Shown: positions 25,901 through 39,039, counted from the whole stretch's first letter. The stretch is DNA of 63,165 nt, filler included, from Reticulomyxa filosa (GCA_000512085.1; 21 parts of 21 records of this genome joined end to end with filler, not necessarily neighbours in it); one strand, 5' to 3'. Notes: generated by a model not told the origin, from the letters alone. A program made the numbers and translations.

Positions 25901-26283
25901 TCGAAGCAAAGGACACTTGCATTGGAATGGACGGAGATAGGACAGGCGCCACTTTGGGAGGGATAGCGAGAAGTGTTGGGAGAGAACGACAGAGAGGGAG
26001 AGGCCACTGGTGATGGAGTGACAGCTGGCGTCGGAGATAAGGTTGGACTTTGACTTGAAGGAGGAGGAGGAACTGATGAAGGGGTTGGAAGAGGACCCAC
26101 TGAAGAAAATGTGGGAGAACGAATGGGCGTCATTGCGGATGAATAAAAAAGAAGATATCGACGAAAAGTATCACTTTGCTTGTAATTTGTTATCAATCTG
26201 TCATTGCTGTTGTCAATACATTCCGATTCATTTGTGCACATGTAATAACATATCTTCAAGTCTTGCAGTAGAATCATCAACAA
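22983..26283 (-). CDS. Large REJ/PKD-domain surface protein (multi-exon, 3' partial, frame-disrupted near the N-terminus)
   Basis: PT/PS-rich stalk, then SAQLLSSG..ALTFDKDTN, C.W.SANTLLL.LG, CDDIELFANGSAGSDGRSLEYVWSV, V.VTNWLG and YTYTLT, typical of REJ modules. Confidence 0.65.
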
Positions 26284-26639
26284 TAATTGTCCGTAACACT
26301 ATAAACAACAAACAAACACATTGTATTATGTATAACAGATTTTATCATTCACTATATTATCTTCATTATAATGACAAAAAGATATTATATAAATACATAC
26401 CAAGCAAACTGGACCACTTTAATAAAAGACGGAATCAATTGACTCAAATAAAAAAAAATAACAATATTTTTATAATCTCTTTTTTTTTTAATAATACTTC
26501 TTCTTTTTTTTTATATTTTCTTTCTTTTTTTCTTTTTCAAATAATACTTCTTTTTTTTTAACTCTTTTTTAAATTCTTTTTTTGGTTTTGTTCTTTTTAT
26601 TAAAAAAAAAAAAAAAAGGGGAAAATAAATATAATAACT

Positions 26640-27930
26640 TGCGAGGATTGGAGTTTGGAGCCAGGAGAATTCTCTTGCCCCCTTTTTTATTCTTTTTTTT
26701 CTTCTTTATATTATTAATTTCCACATAATAATTTATTATTATATTCACCATTGCCATGTGATACAATCGACGCAGTTCACTTGTAAATCTATACACACAC
26801 AAACACCCCACCAATCCCCACAAAAGTGTAGTACCAAAAAAAAATTCAAAGATAACTTAAATTAATTTCAAGTATCAAAATCTTCACCATAAAATTTTCT
26901 TTATATCGCGCATATTTCTTGCACATATATATATAACATATAAATATAGTAGAAGGAGGTCAAGTGGATGTGGAGATGGAGGCGGAGATAGAGGTGGACA
27001 TTGAGTGGATGTGGAGTGAATGTATGGCCAGTGTGCTGAAGGAAAAGTGATTGTAGAATGTATGGAAATTGAAGTGAAATTGGGGTGAAAGTGTATGGAG
27101 AATATAGAGAAAGTGTATGGAGAATAGAGAGAAAGTGAATGTAGAATGGAGGGAAAGTTTAATGAAAATAGAGTTAAAGTATAATGATAATGTAGTGAAA
27201 GTGACAAAAAAAAACCTATACCACAAAAAAATAACTCATACAATAAAAAAATAACAATGCCATAAAAAAATAACACATACAATAAAAAAAATAACCCAAA
27301 CTACAAAAAAAACACAATACTTAGTTGAAATTTTTTTTTGGTTTTTTTCTTTTTTTTAAAAAGAATATGTGTGTATGTGTGCGTAAAAAATGTGGAAGTG
27401 TGGCCATCACCACTGGCACACCCTTTCCACTTTTTTATTTTATATACCTAAAAAATAAAAAATACTTATGATCGTTATCCCAATCCATAGTGGCATCCCC
27501 CACTCTACTATGAGTGAAATGATCCACAGCCAATCCACCTCCATCAAATCCAAATACGACCACTGCGTATTAATGATGTTTGGAGGATGACACTCATCCC
27601 CATTTGGGCCATATATCCGCCCACACCAATGTTCTGTGCCATTTGGCACTACTGGCCACCACGACCATTTATTTATGTTGGTTATGGCCAGATAACCAAC
27701 ATAAATTGATGCTGCCAGCATCATATAAAAAACAATTGCAAATAATATTTGCAATTGTTTTGCCATCGATGCCCTTACTGTTGGCTCAGTAGGATATAGT
27801 GGCATTACTATATTAATGAAATACACATACACACACATAATACACACTCAATAATATGAATAAATATATTATATAATATACTTGCGCTTGGAGATTTGCA
27901 TCCCATATTGCGCTTCGCGCTCCCCAACCA
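26640..27930 (-). CDS. Hypothetical multi-pass membrane protein (multi-exon)
   Basis: Exon 27444-27810 has two TM helices flanking a Cys-containing loop with an NGT sequon. Further short hydrophobic exons near 26750-26840. Confidence 0.45.
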
Positions 27931-28441
27931 ATCTATACACACACAAACAATCAAATATTTTATTTTATTTTAAAAAAATATATATTTATTTATTATCTTA
28001 ACATATTTTACTTGGGACTTCCTCATCCCACAAAAAATTAATTTTTTTCTTCTTATTAATTTTTTTTCTTTCTTTCCTTTCATTTCCCCAACTTTCACAA
28101 TTTTTTATTTTCATTATTTCCATCCTCATTTTCATCATCCACATTCCTATTTTTTTCAATTTTTCATCATGATCGTCGCTGTCACTATCGTAATCACTAC
28201 ATAAATCATTGTCATTGTCACCATAATAAAGAAGATCTATAATTATTATTTTTATAAATGTCACACACAAAGAAAGTCCATTCATATACCAAAAATATAT
28301 ATGTATTCATATACAATTAAAAAAAATAATGATCACTCATGTACACATTAAAAAACGTATACGTACATGCGATTATGACATAGAAGTGTCATATGGACAT
28401 ATGTATAGCTATTACACGTATAAGTCTAATGCTAATATCAC

Positions 28442-30166
28442 TCACTTCCTTTTTTTTTTTTCATACTTTGTTGCTGGAGCGGCTGTGGCCATGGTGGAGG
28501 CTGTGGTGGCAGTTGCTGTGGGAGTTGTGGTTGTTGCTGTTGTGGTGGGAGTTGTTTCTGTTGTGGTAATTGTTGTTTCTGTGATTGTGGTGGCCGTTGC
28601 TGTGATTGTAACTGTTGTTGTGGCCGTGGTGGCAATTGTTCTTGTTGTGGCTGTGGCTGTGATGACAATTGTTGCTGTTGTTGTTGTTGTGGTGGCCGCT
28701 GTTGTGATTTTCAACTGCTGTTGTAGTTGTTGTTGTGGCAATTGCTGTTGCTTTGGCCACTGTAGTTGTTGTGGTTTGTGTTGTGGGGGTTGCGGTGGCC
28801 TTTGTTGTTGTGGAGGTGATTGCCAGTGTTGTAGCCACTGTTGTTGTTGCTGTGACTGCTGTGGCTTTGGCTCATACTCTGGATGTGGCTGCAACTGCGG
28901 CTGTTGTTGCCGCCTTATCTGTGGTTGGGGGAGTGGTAGTTGTGATTGTTGTTGTGTCTGTGGTTGTACCTGTAGCTGTGGCTCTGGCTGCGGCTGCTGT
29001 CGCATTATTTGTGATGGAGTGTATGGCAATTGTAATTGTAGTTGTTGTAGTTGTTCTGGTGGTGGCGATTGTGACTTTGGAAAGTCTTGCCACCTGAATC
29101 TTGGAATAATTTTAGATGGAGAAAGAGGTGGAGATGGAGATTGTGACTCTTGTGACGATTGTGGTGACGATTGTGGGGTGGATTCTTGTGATGATTTTGG
29201 AGAGTATTCTTGTTTTGCTAGTGGTGGGGATTGTTGTGGTTGTTGTGGTTGTTGTGGTAGTGGCGATTGTGGCTTTGGAAAATCTTGCCACCTGAACCTT
29301 GGAATAATTTTAGATGGAGGTCTAGGTGTAGATGGAGATTGAGCCTCTGGTGAGGATTCTTGTGATGATTTTGTGGTGGATTCTTTTGATGATCGTGGGG
29401 TTGATTCTTTTGATGATTGGATTGGGGATTCTTGTTGTTCAGGTGGTGGGGATTGTCGTTGTTGTTGTTGTGATTGTTGTGGTTGTTCTGGTTGTTCTGG
29501 TTGTTGTTGTTGTGGTGGTGGCGATTGTGGTGGTGGCAATTGTGGTGGTGGCGATTGTGGTTTTGGAAAATCTTGCCACCTGAACCTTGGAATAATTTTA
29601 GATGGAGGTCTTGGTGGAGATGGAGATTGAGACTCTTGTGGTGATTGTGATTGTGAAGTGGATTCTTGCTGTGATTGTGGTGATGATTCTTTTTGTGATT
29701 GGGTGGGGGATTCTTGTTTTGGATGTGATACGGATTGTCGCTGCTGTTGTGGTTGTGGTGGGGGGGATTCTTGTTTTGGAGGTGATGCGGATTGTCGTTG
29801 TGTTGGTGGTGATGTGTGTCTTGGAAGTCGCCGCCATCTAAGCTTTGGAAAAAGGGGGTCCTCTATCCCAAATCGATACATTTCCAGTTCCAAATCCGAC
29901 TCTTCTCTTTCTTGGCGTGGGGGTGAGGGGGTGAATGGTGCCAATAATACCAATCCCTTAAGTTGTTGGGGGGGTACTTGCCCTATGTCGGGTGGAGTTG
30001 TCGATGATGGTCTTTGTAATGTCGTTGATTGCTGTTCAACCTGGCCTCCAACCATGATTTGTGGTGTTGACACAAATATGGTGTTAGGCCTTGAGTTATC
30101 ATCATGTATTGTAGCTGATTGCTGCTTTCGTGAAGTGGGACTCAATGCCATCAAGTTTGACTCCAC
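28442..30166 (-). CDS. Pro/Gln/Ser-rich repeat protein with a Thr-rich tail
   Basis: 574-codon ORF with three copies of PSKIIPRFRWQDFPK(P/S)QSP plus one degenerate copy, QES spacers and a poly-Thr C-terminus. Confidence 0.65.
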   Translation of the reverse strand: MESNLMALSPTSRKQQSATIHDDNSRPNTIFVSTPQIMVGGQVEQQSTTLQRPSSTTPPDIGQVPPQQLKGLVLLAPFTPSPPRQEREESDLELEMYRFGIEDPLFPKLRWRRLPRHTSPPTQRQSASPPKQESPPPQPQQQRQSVSHPKQESPTQSQKESSPQSQQESTSQSQSPQESQSPSPPRPPSKIIPRFRWQDFPKPQSPPPQLPPPQSPPPQQQQPEQPEQPQQSQQQQRQSPPPEQQESPIQSSKESTPRSSKESTTKSSQESSPEAQSPSTPRPPSKIIPRFRWQDFPKPQSPLPQQPQQPQQSPPLAKQEYSPKSSQESTPQSSPQSSQESQSPSPPLSPSKIIPRFRWQDFPKSQSPPPEQLQQLQLQLPYTPSQIMRQQPQPEPQLQVQPQTQQQSQLPLPQPQIRRQQQPQLQPHPEYEPKPQQSQQQQQWLQHWQSPPQQQRPPQPPQHKPQQLQWPKQQQLPQQQLQQQLKITTAATTTTTTATIVITATATTRTIATTATTTVTITATATTITETTITTTETTPTTTATTTTPTATATTASTMATAAPATKYEKKKRK

Positions 30167-32255
30167 GTCTTTGTCATTGTTGTTATTGTTGTCTGTTTGG
30201 AGTCAACAAAACAGAGTGTTTAGTTTCATTTTGTTTTTGTACAAAAAGACATTCAGCAATCATACCTCTGTTGTTTGTCATTATTGCTGCTATTTTTGTT
30301 TAAAAATTAGTTGTTTGTTGTTATTTGTTGTTACCGAAATACTGCCCTCTTTTTTAAGAAGAAATCCCTTTATCTCTTCCTCTTTCTTTGTTGTTTTGTG
30401 TGTCTAAAGTGTAGACTTTTTGTTTTTGCAGTCTCTGCCCTCTGTACAATCTCTGCTATCTGTGGAAAAAAGTTATTTCTTTTCGCAGAAAGTTTTTCCT
30501 AGTGTTGGCTGTTATTTATGAAGAAATTTTAGTCTCAATTGAAAAAAAAAAATTGGTTGTCGTTCATTACAAATTTTTTGTAGTAAAAAAAAAAAAGTGT
30601 ATATCATGTAAGATTTGTCGAAATAATGAAGCAATTTTTACCATCAAAAAATTGATCAATAAAATACTTGACAAATCCTTGCTCTTGTTGAGATATAGTG
30701 TGACAGATCTCCTTCAAGTATTGTGTAAAGTAGTATAGTTTGTCGCTTCAAAGTCTTTTTTTTTTTCAGCAAGACTGGAATAAAAAACATAAATGTCAAC
30801 CACAAAAGTATTGCCAACAAAAATAAAAAACCAAAAAACTAATTCAACTGCCATGTTTTATCAAACAGCAACACAGTAAAGAAATTCTTAATTATTAAAG
30901 GGTAATTAATTAGTGTAGTTGGCTTGCCTGTGGAATATTGAATGAGAGAAAGATTGGCACGATACCACCAACAGCATCAAGTTGTCTCGATTGTTGAGAA
31001 AAGGAAAGAAATAATGAAAAACAATATAGTGTAAAAAAACGTTTTGTTTTGGTTGATGTTTTCGAATATTGTTTTTTTGCGATTATACATCACTCTGTGA
31101 AATAATTTTGAATGCTCTAAAATAACTTTAGTTAAATTCAACAATTTTGTCTTGCACTTCAAACGAGGACGCAAATGCTTGGATAAAATACAATTCAATG
31201 AATACACGAAATAAATTAAAAATAATATATCATATAAAATAGAAAAAAATAAATTATAAATTGAAATAAGGCAGCTTATTCCATTTTTTATAAATAAAAA
31301 AATAAAAACAAGCAAATTCATACCTATTGATTGTATTCAACGAAATCCTTTAGATACACGATGAAGAGCTTCAATTTGCTTGGTTATTGTGCAATGAAAA
31401 GACATTATATCATTAAATGTTTTGATGGATTTATACAAAATTACCATTTTCATTTATCACACATGAAATACAGAAAATTCAAATATAAGTATTCCAATTA
31501 AACTATTCAAACAAATACAATCAATATATATATGACACTACCAAAGATATGAGACAAAAATTGGATAAACATATTAGAATTAAAAGTATTCTCCCAATGA
31601 ATGTGTTGTTGATGATTCATTTGTTCAAATCTAACATATTTATATGTTGTACTTATGAATAATATGCAAAAATATTTTTTTAAAACTATTTTACTTTCCA
31701 TCCAATATAAATTGTTGTATCATAAAATTTTTTTGTTGTGCTATTGCTATCCAAGCTGTCTCCTTCTTTTTTTTGTAGCATATGAAAACAAACTTTCATT
31801 GAATGTCCAATATCCAAGTAATCTTATGATAATTGATGAAATAGAATTTGATTGTATCATCCCCATTCATTTCATTTTTTCTCCCATTGTTTCCCATTCT
31901 TATGAAATCTTACATTTCTTTTTGTTTTTTTTTTCCACTTCACCACAATATCTCTTCTATTCAATTAAAATTGCACATAATCTTTTAAGCTTAATTCTAT
32001 CGCTTTCACTTTTTTCAATAATTCTATTATCTCTTTCATTCATTTTTTTATACATATGTTTTTAACAATTATTATTTTTCAAATAATTGCTTTACATTCA
32101 CATTCNNNNNNNNNNNNNNNNNNNNNNNNNNNNNNNNNNNNNNNNNNNNTTAATTAATTAANNNNNNNNNNNNNNNNNNNNNNNNNNNNNNNNNNNNNNN
32201 NNNNNGGTAACGAAAGGAGAAATGTGAACCAAAAAAAAAAAAAAAAAAAACGAAG

Positions 32256-33222
32256 TTACACTCTTTGTAAAAAAACGGTTCGATCGACCGGACATTGTAC
32301 CGGCCATCGAGGATTGTCTCGTTGTCGCACTCGAATCCACTCGTCAATGCACGCCGCGTGGAAGTGGCAGCCGCAGATGGGAAGTGTTTTGATGACGCTC
32401 TGTGCGTCGAACAGGTCGAAGCATATCCGACAAGTGACTCCATTTGTGTAGAACACCCTCAATTGTTGTGCCGTGACGCGATAGGCAGGGATGGAAGAGG
32501 CATTATCTCCCAAACTATCCGACACCAAATCTTGTGCAAGCTTTTCATCCTCCTTTTCGTCATTGATGTTGATATTGACATTGTGATTATTATTATTATT
32601 ATTATTGTTATTATTATTATTATTATTATTACTATTGCTATTACTCGTACGGTCCACTATCTCTTCGTACAAATGAACCAACTCGTTTTCGATTCTGTCA
32701 ATCCTTTGCGCGTCTGCTGCTTCTTTGTGTTCGCGTTCGTACGTATACGTATTGGACATGTCATCAAAATCGGAGCCACTTGCACTTGGATGTCGCTGTT
32801 GACTATAACTATATTGACTCTGATTCTGATTCTGATTCTTGTTTTGATTCTGATTTTGATTTTGATTCTGATGCTGGTTCTGGCTCTGATTTTGGTGGTG
32901 ATGGCTCTGAACTTGTCGCTGTTGGTGGCTCGGTCTTTGTCTCGGGGTCGAGTTGCGTGTCTGGTTGTGGCTCCGGTGTTTGCGTCGGCTCTGGCTCTGC
33001 CTTTCCTTCTCCCTCTGTTTCTGTCGCTCCTTCTGCGTCTTCTTGAGGCGGTGCAAGTTCTGCTTGGATATCTCCTCCATCTGCAATTGGTACGCATACG
33101 CCAAGTCGACGTCCTTCGTTGTAGCGACGTCACTTTGCGTTCTGTTGTCCCCTCTTCCTCCCTCTTCATCTATATTCATATTGTTATTCGAGAGTGTATT
33201 TTGATTGATATCATTGTCATTA
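32256..33222 (-). CDS. RING-finger E3 ligase-like protein (partial)
   Basis: C-terminal CRIC...LPICGCHFHAACIDEW...CPVDR, UIM-like DVDLAYAYQLQMEE, and QN/poly-N tracts. Confidence 0.8.
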
Positions 33223-33322
33223 NNNNNNNNNNNNNNNNNNNNNNNNNNNNNNNNNNNNNNNNNNNNTTAATTAATTAANNNNNNNNNNNNNNNNNNNNNN
33301 NNNNNNNNNNNNNNNNNNNNNN

Positions 33323-33721
33323 GGTAAAAATTTTCCAATTCATAATAAAAGTAAATCGGTGCTTTCATGTCATCTTCGATGGTAATTGTGAAGATGCATG
33401 TTCTTGGCAACACTGTGTAATTTTCACCAAATGCCAATTGACACCCTGGCATGTTGTCGTAGCGAAAGCTTTGATAATGACTCTATGTGTATATTATTAT
33501 TATTGTTATGTGCAATGTGTTGTTGTTTGTTTGGGGGTGATGAAGCAAACTGTGTCCGATCTATCCAATAACAACACTCCAATCGGAACGAAGACCAGTG
33601 ATATAAAAAGCAATACTCCTGATACTACCACTGGGGTTATCAGTGGCTGACATGCTGGCAACGCCTGCTGGCTGAAAGGGCCATCTGCACCTCTCGCCAA
33701 AAGTGTGCTCATGGAAGGCAT
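33323..33721 (-). CDS. CDC50: CDC50/LEM3 family P4-ATPase beta subunit (5' part)
   Basis: FSQQALPACQPLITP, TM1 (LVFVPIGVLL), RYD, C...I.I.DDMKAPIYFYYELENFY; one intron at ~33484-33550. Confidence 0.93.
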
Positions 33722-34690
33722 GATTGACAGATGGGTTTGTCTTTTTTAGACGCTACTTAGCTCAGCAAATGTTGCAAACTAACACAAATATTTTCAAGGT
33801 TTTTTTTTGTAGTAACCATGTCCGGCAGCCCCTTCGTTCCACTTTTTACTTTCTGAACAACTCGCACAATCGGTTTGAAAAATGTTTGCAGTTGAATTAG
33901 TTAAAATTGACTTTTTTTTACGTTACTTTTTTTTTTCAATTTCACAAACGCTTGATTTGTATAATTGATTTAATCAAATAAATTACCAATTGAAACAACA
34001 AAAATAGTATTTGTTGCAAAAATATTAAAATATTTTGATATACAAATGCCAATCACTAAAAGAGCTTTATTAAATTGAAAAAAAACAACTAACGTTTGGA
34101 CCAATGAATAAATAAATAACAAATAAAATCTGAACTGCTTGGGTGCTGGTTTGGAAAAAAGAAGGGAAAATCCCAAAAAAAGGAAAAAAATAATAAGTTC
34201 AAAAAACTTTTGAAATGTACCACTTTCGATGTCACTAGACAGGTATTGTGCAACATGCGGTAACATGTCTTCAAATTCTTCTTCTCTCTCTCACTTCCTG
34301 CAACACTACTCACAAACTTAAAGTGAGCCGCTAAGCTTCATACTAGAGACATANNNNNNNNNNNNNNNNNNNNNNNNNNNNNNNNNNNNNNNNNNNNTTA
34401 ATTAATTAANNNNNNNNNNNNNNNNNNNNNNNNNNNNNNNNNNNNNNNNNNNNTATATATATATTTATATATGTATATATTTATTATTATTGTTATCGTC
34501 ATTCGCTTATTTACTATAAACAAAAAACAAACAGTGTTGTAATATGCATATACATTGTATATATACCATTATATACATATATGCATATAATATATAATGT
34601 ATATGCACATTACGTGTTTGCAAAAAGATTGAAATTGGATGTTTGTATGTATGTGTGTGTGTGAACAGAAAAAAATGGACAAGCGAACAG

Positions 34691-35216
34691 ATTGGGGGAC
34701 CAAGGAGTGTACTCTTCGCTGCGTGAGGAAGAGGAACAACAGCGAGCTGATGACCGGGGAAGAGAGAAGGACAGAGATAGACAAAGACCACAGCAACAAC
34801 AACAGCAGCAAGAAGACCGGTTGGAGGTTGATTATGGGTTACACGAGATAGAAAGAAGAGAGGAACAAATACATCAAATGGTCGATGATTTAGATGAACT
34901 GCATCACATGTATCAAGATTTGAATGTCTTGGTTAATGAGCAGCAAGTTTTGTTTTTTTGCTTTCATCAACATTATTTGTTTGCTTGTTTTATTTTATTT
35001 TTTTTTTTGAATGGGATACAATAGCCACAATTAGATATATTGGAGACCAATATTGTTGAGACTCGTCAGCAAGTGGAGTCAGGCACTTTAAATATCACCA
35101 AAGCAAGTGAGCATCAGAAAGCCTATCGTAAGAAAATGTGTTATGTCCTGATGATTTTGTTGCTTGTTGCTATTGTTGTTGTGGCTGTTATTTTTGGTTT
35201 TGGCCAAAATAAGTAG
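34691..35216 (+). CDS. Qa-SNARE syntaxin (STX7/12-like), C-terminal part
   Basis: IERREEQIHQM..DLDELHHMYQDLNVLVNEQQ/PQLDILETNIVET...KAS.HQK followed by a C-terminal TM. Intron 34947-35024; stop at 35214-35216. Confidence 0.9.
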
Positions 35217-36101
35217 CCTTACTCTATTACTATTCTTTGCTTTTTTTTTTTCCTTCTCTCTCTTTCCTCTTCCCTTTCACTTGTGATAGATCCTTGTATC
35301 CTTCGCGATTATTATTTTTTTTATTATTTTCTGTTTCCAATTAATTACTGCACTTTTTGTATTTGTCAGCAAAAAAAATTTAACACATTGTTCTTTTAAT
35401 CTCTATCTGTCTTGTCGGATCAAAAACGAAACCGAGGGCTAACATTTGGTGAAATAAAGGTAATATATTACAAAAATTAAAGTTCATGCTATAAAATTGG
35501 CTATCGATTGGTGATACAGGGTGGCCCAGTTTCATTAAACCACAAAAAAAAAAATGTTAAACTAACACCAAAAAAACTAAATTTTTAAAAAACATTTTCA
35601 TTGTGTGGATTCTCTAGAGTAATGAACATATTTTTCGTGTTTTTAAATTTGACACATATGATAACCAATTTGATAAAAAAACAAAAAAAAATTAGGAAAA
35701 AAAAGACACAATTACACATTCTAACCTATAAGCTGCTCGAGAGTAAAGAAAGAGAGACTAATGTGATGACAACTGATAAATGGACTCTTCATTCTTAGCA
35801 ACATCTTTAATATAGCCATACAACTTGCTTGTCAAGTCTTGATCCAAAATATCTTTTGCGATTTGTAGCTGTGATTGTAAGTACTGTTGCACTTCTTCAT
35901 GTGGCTCAATATCAAACTTGGCCTTTCAACATTTTTTTTTTTTATTTGTTTGCTGTAGTGACGAGGAAAAAAAAAGGTGTTAGTTTTCAAACCAACAACA
36001 ANNNNNNNNNNNNNNNNNNNNNNNNNNNNNNNNNNNNNNNNNNNNTTAATTAATTAANNNNNNNNNNNNNNNNNNNNNNNNNNNNNNNNNNNNNNNNNNN
36101 N

Positions 36102-36455
36102 CACTTGAGATAATGTAAATGTAACATATACATAATAAGTATAACTTGGTAAAGATATTCATAATATCCCCAAGACATAATTATTTGATCTAATCCACAA
36201 AATGTATTATATTTCTTATTTTGAAAATCAGGATTATCTTTAAAATATTCATAAAAAAATATTTGTCTCACTAAATGGACATCCCACTGGGAATGTATCT
36301 CCAGTAACACATTCTTGTTCTTCATCTTTTAAATCCTTTGATTAATCGACGACAGTTAATATTTTTACTAAATCATGAATTAATCCAGTTAAATGAAACC
36401 AATCATATTCCGGTTCTGGATGCCTGATTTAGCAGTCAATCTTATAATTCAACAA
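36102..36455 (-). pseudogene. MIOX: myo-inositol oxygenase fragment/pseudogene
   Basis: HPEPEYDWFHLTGLIHDL, NPDF...YNT and CGLDQIIMSWG..EYLYQV match MIOX. Frameshifts and deletions are present, and the catalytic GHDEY has become GYYEY. Confidence 0.85.
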
Positions 36456-36462
36456 AACAAAA

Positions 36463-36570
36463 TTAAAATGCCACCTTATAGATTATTGTTTTCTCTATGA
36501 AAAAATAACATTTAATCAAAATTTTTTAAAAAAAATATATACAAATAATGTGGTTTTTTATTAAGTATTT
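36463..36570 (-). repeat. Dispersed repeat, copy 2
   Basis: AAAATGCCACCTTATAGA...ATGAAAAAATAACATTTAATCAAAAT...TTTTTATTAAGT, shared with 38900-39039. Confidence 0.8.
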
Positions 36571-38867
36571 AAAATTTTTTCAAAAATTTTAATCTTTCAT
36601 TTACTTTAAAAATAATTTTTGTAGTTGCCTGAATTTAATTCAAGTTTACTAACGTGTTAAATCTCCTTTGGCTTTTTAACTTTATGTATTCTATTTAGTA
36701 TAGACTTTATTAAGGTTTCACAATTGTTTATTTTTATTTTTTTACATTCTGTTTCAAATTGGTTACAAAGCTCTTCAGTTGTATTAAATGATCATTTTTT
36801 GTGAATCTTTGTCTTTAATATATACCAAAGATTTTTAATTAGATTTAAATCATGTAAATTTAGAAGAAAAGTCATTGTTTTTATTTTTTTTTTGTTTTAA
36901 CTATTTAATAATTTTTTACGATTTATGTCATGTTGAATTATCTTGCTGGAAAATCCAATCATATTTATTTTATAAACAATTGACGCTCTTTAGCATATTT
37001 CGTTAGATAAAAATTCTTTATATATATCAGTATTTACTCAACCTTCAACCTTGCAAGAGTAATGTTAAAAACATGACCAGACTAAAATGATTCAACTACC
37101 AAATTTTGCTATTCTTGTTATTAAATTTTTTAATGGTTGTCAATCAATATTTCGGAAACAAAATAATCAAAATGACAAAAATCAATATCAAATACCTAAA
37201 AAAAAAAAATATCAAAATTATTTTAAAAAAGATTGGCAAATTTCATGACTACGATAAAAACACGATTATCAAATTTTTTAAAGAAATTTTACCAAATCGA
37301 AAAAATTGTAAATACTTAATAAAAAAACCAAAATTATATTTAAAAATTATACGATTCAAGTATTGTCTATTTTTCTTTTTATTTTGCTCATTAAATTACT
37401 TTTTATTGTGTAAATGCAATATTAATTTTGCTTTGTGTGATGTTTTTTTTTGTCTTTACAATTGTGGATGTATACCAAACTATGTTTTGTTCAACTGTTA
37501 CTTACAACTGATAACTTTGTTCTTGTGTGTCCTGCCTTAATCAAAGATCTACTTTGTGTTTGTAGTGAGCAACTTCTTTTTTGAGCTTGTTACATGAAGA
37601 GATTTGAGAAAGATTTGTTTTCTATTTTTAAATGCACTTTTTTAGTCCCTTCCCACCTTTTTGTCAGAGTCAATTGATATATCAAATTTCATACATACTT
37701 TTTTTTGTTGGCGTTTCAAAAACAATGAAAATTTTATAGCCAAACAAAAAATATGTACTCTACATAAGAATGCACAATTTAATTCTTTCAAAAAAAAAAA
37801 AANNNNNNNNNNNNNNNNNNNNNNNNNNNNNNNNNNNNNNNNNNNNTTAATTAATTAANNNNNNNNNNNNNNNNNNNNNNNNNNNNNNNNNNNNNNNNNN
37901 NNAGAACCTGATGGCATCATTGATATAAACTGAAATAAGTCTGCAACAGTATTCCCAACAAATAGATCATGAAATTGACAATCTTATGTATCTACAAAAC
38001 AACAACATTTCATTCTTTTTATCATTTGGGTTTCATTTTCTGGCTTTGATGAAAAGCAATGAAAGTATATGTCATAGTCAGTTGAAATGTATAAATTAAA
38101 TATGCTAATAATTAGTGATAAATAGCAAATTATTATTATATACATATATGTATATATTAATATGTTTAACTTGAACATCCAACAAATTTCCAAACTAATG
38201 ATTGATGGACACTTATCTCGAAATTCCAATTCGAACGACGACAAAGGGAGATCATGAAAGCACGTGTAATTCTCATGTTTTTGATATGCTCTTGCACTGA
38301 AATTTCCCATCTTGGTTGGCAATCCACTGTCTTTGTCTCGCCAATTTTTATACTGACATATTTCGACTTGTCATCGAAATCTAATTTGTCCCAATTTTTT
38401 TTTTAAATTAAAGAGAAAAAGAAACGAGACAAAGTAAGTAAAGACAGTTAGTAAGTTTGTGAGAAGTGAATTCTAATGTTTATTTGAAACTTGTCAAAGA
38501 CACAGTTAATTTTTTTTTGTCTATCATGAAATGTATGATGAATCAGCAAAGTCTCTTCTTTTTCTACTCACATTGCATGCAATCTGTTATCAGAACATTT
38601 TCAACAAAAGCATTTGCTTTAAAAATATTAAAAACTGACCGATACGGATAAATTTGTTGGTAAACTGAGCATTTTCAGTATTGCTGTGTAAACTTTCAAT
38701 ATCTGCAACTTACACGCTCATTCACTCGGATAATCATTGTGCTTTGAAAATAACTTCAAAATGATATTGCACTGAAACTTATTTTCTATTTTTCGTTTAT
38801 CAAATAATATTTGTTTTAAAGTCAATTAAAGTAATCAAATACTGTTTTGCAATATTATTTTTAATAT

Positions 38868-39039
38868 TGTACGGTAAGATAAAAAAGAAAGTTGACACAT
38901 AAAATGCCACCTTATAGAAATGATTGTGTTTATCAATGAAAAAACAACATTTAATCAAAATTTTTTTTTTTATTTAAAAAAAATATCTACAAATCGTGTA
39001 GTTTTTAAATATCATTTTGAATTTAGTTTTTTATTAAGT
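38868..39039 (-). repeat. Dispersed repeat, copy 3
   Basis: Reverse complement of 14409-14552; ends at a contig break. Confidence 0.85.

Noticed and set aside
28329-30407. Cys/Gly-rich metallothionein- or keratin-like ORFs on the + strand
   Set aside because: Antisense shadow of CAA/CCA/ACA codons in the longer Pro/Gln/Thr-rich minus ORF. The + frame is broken by stops.
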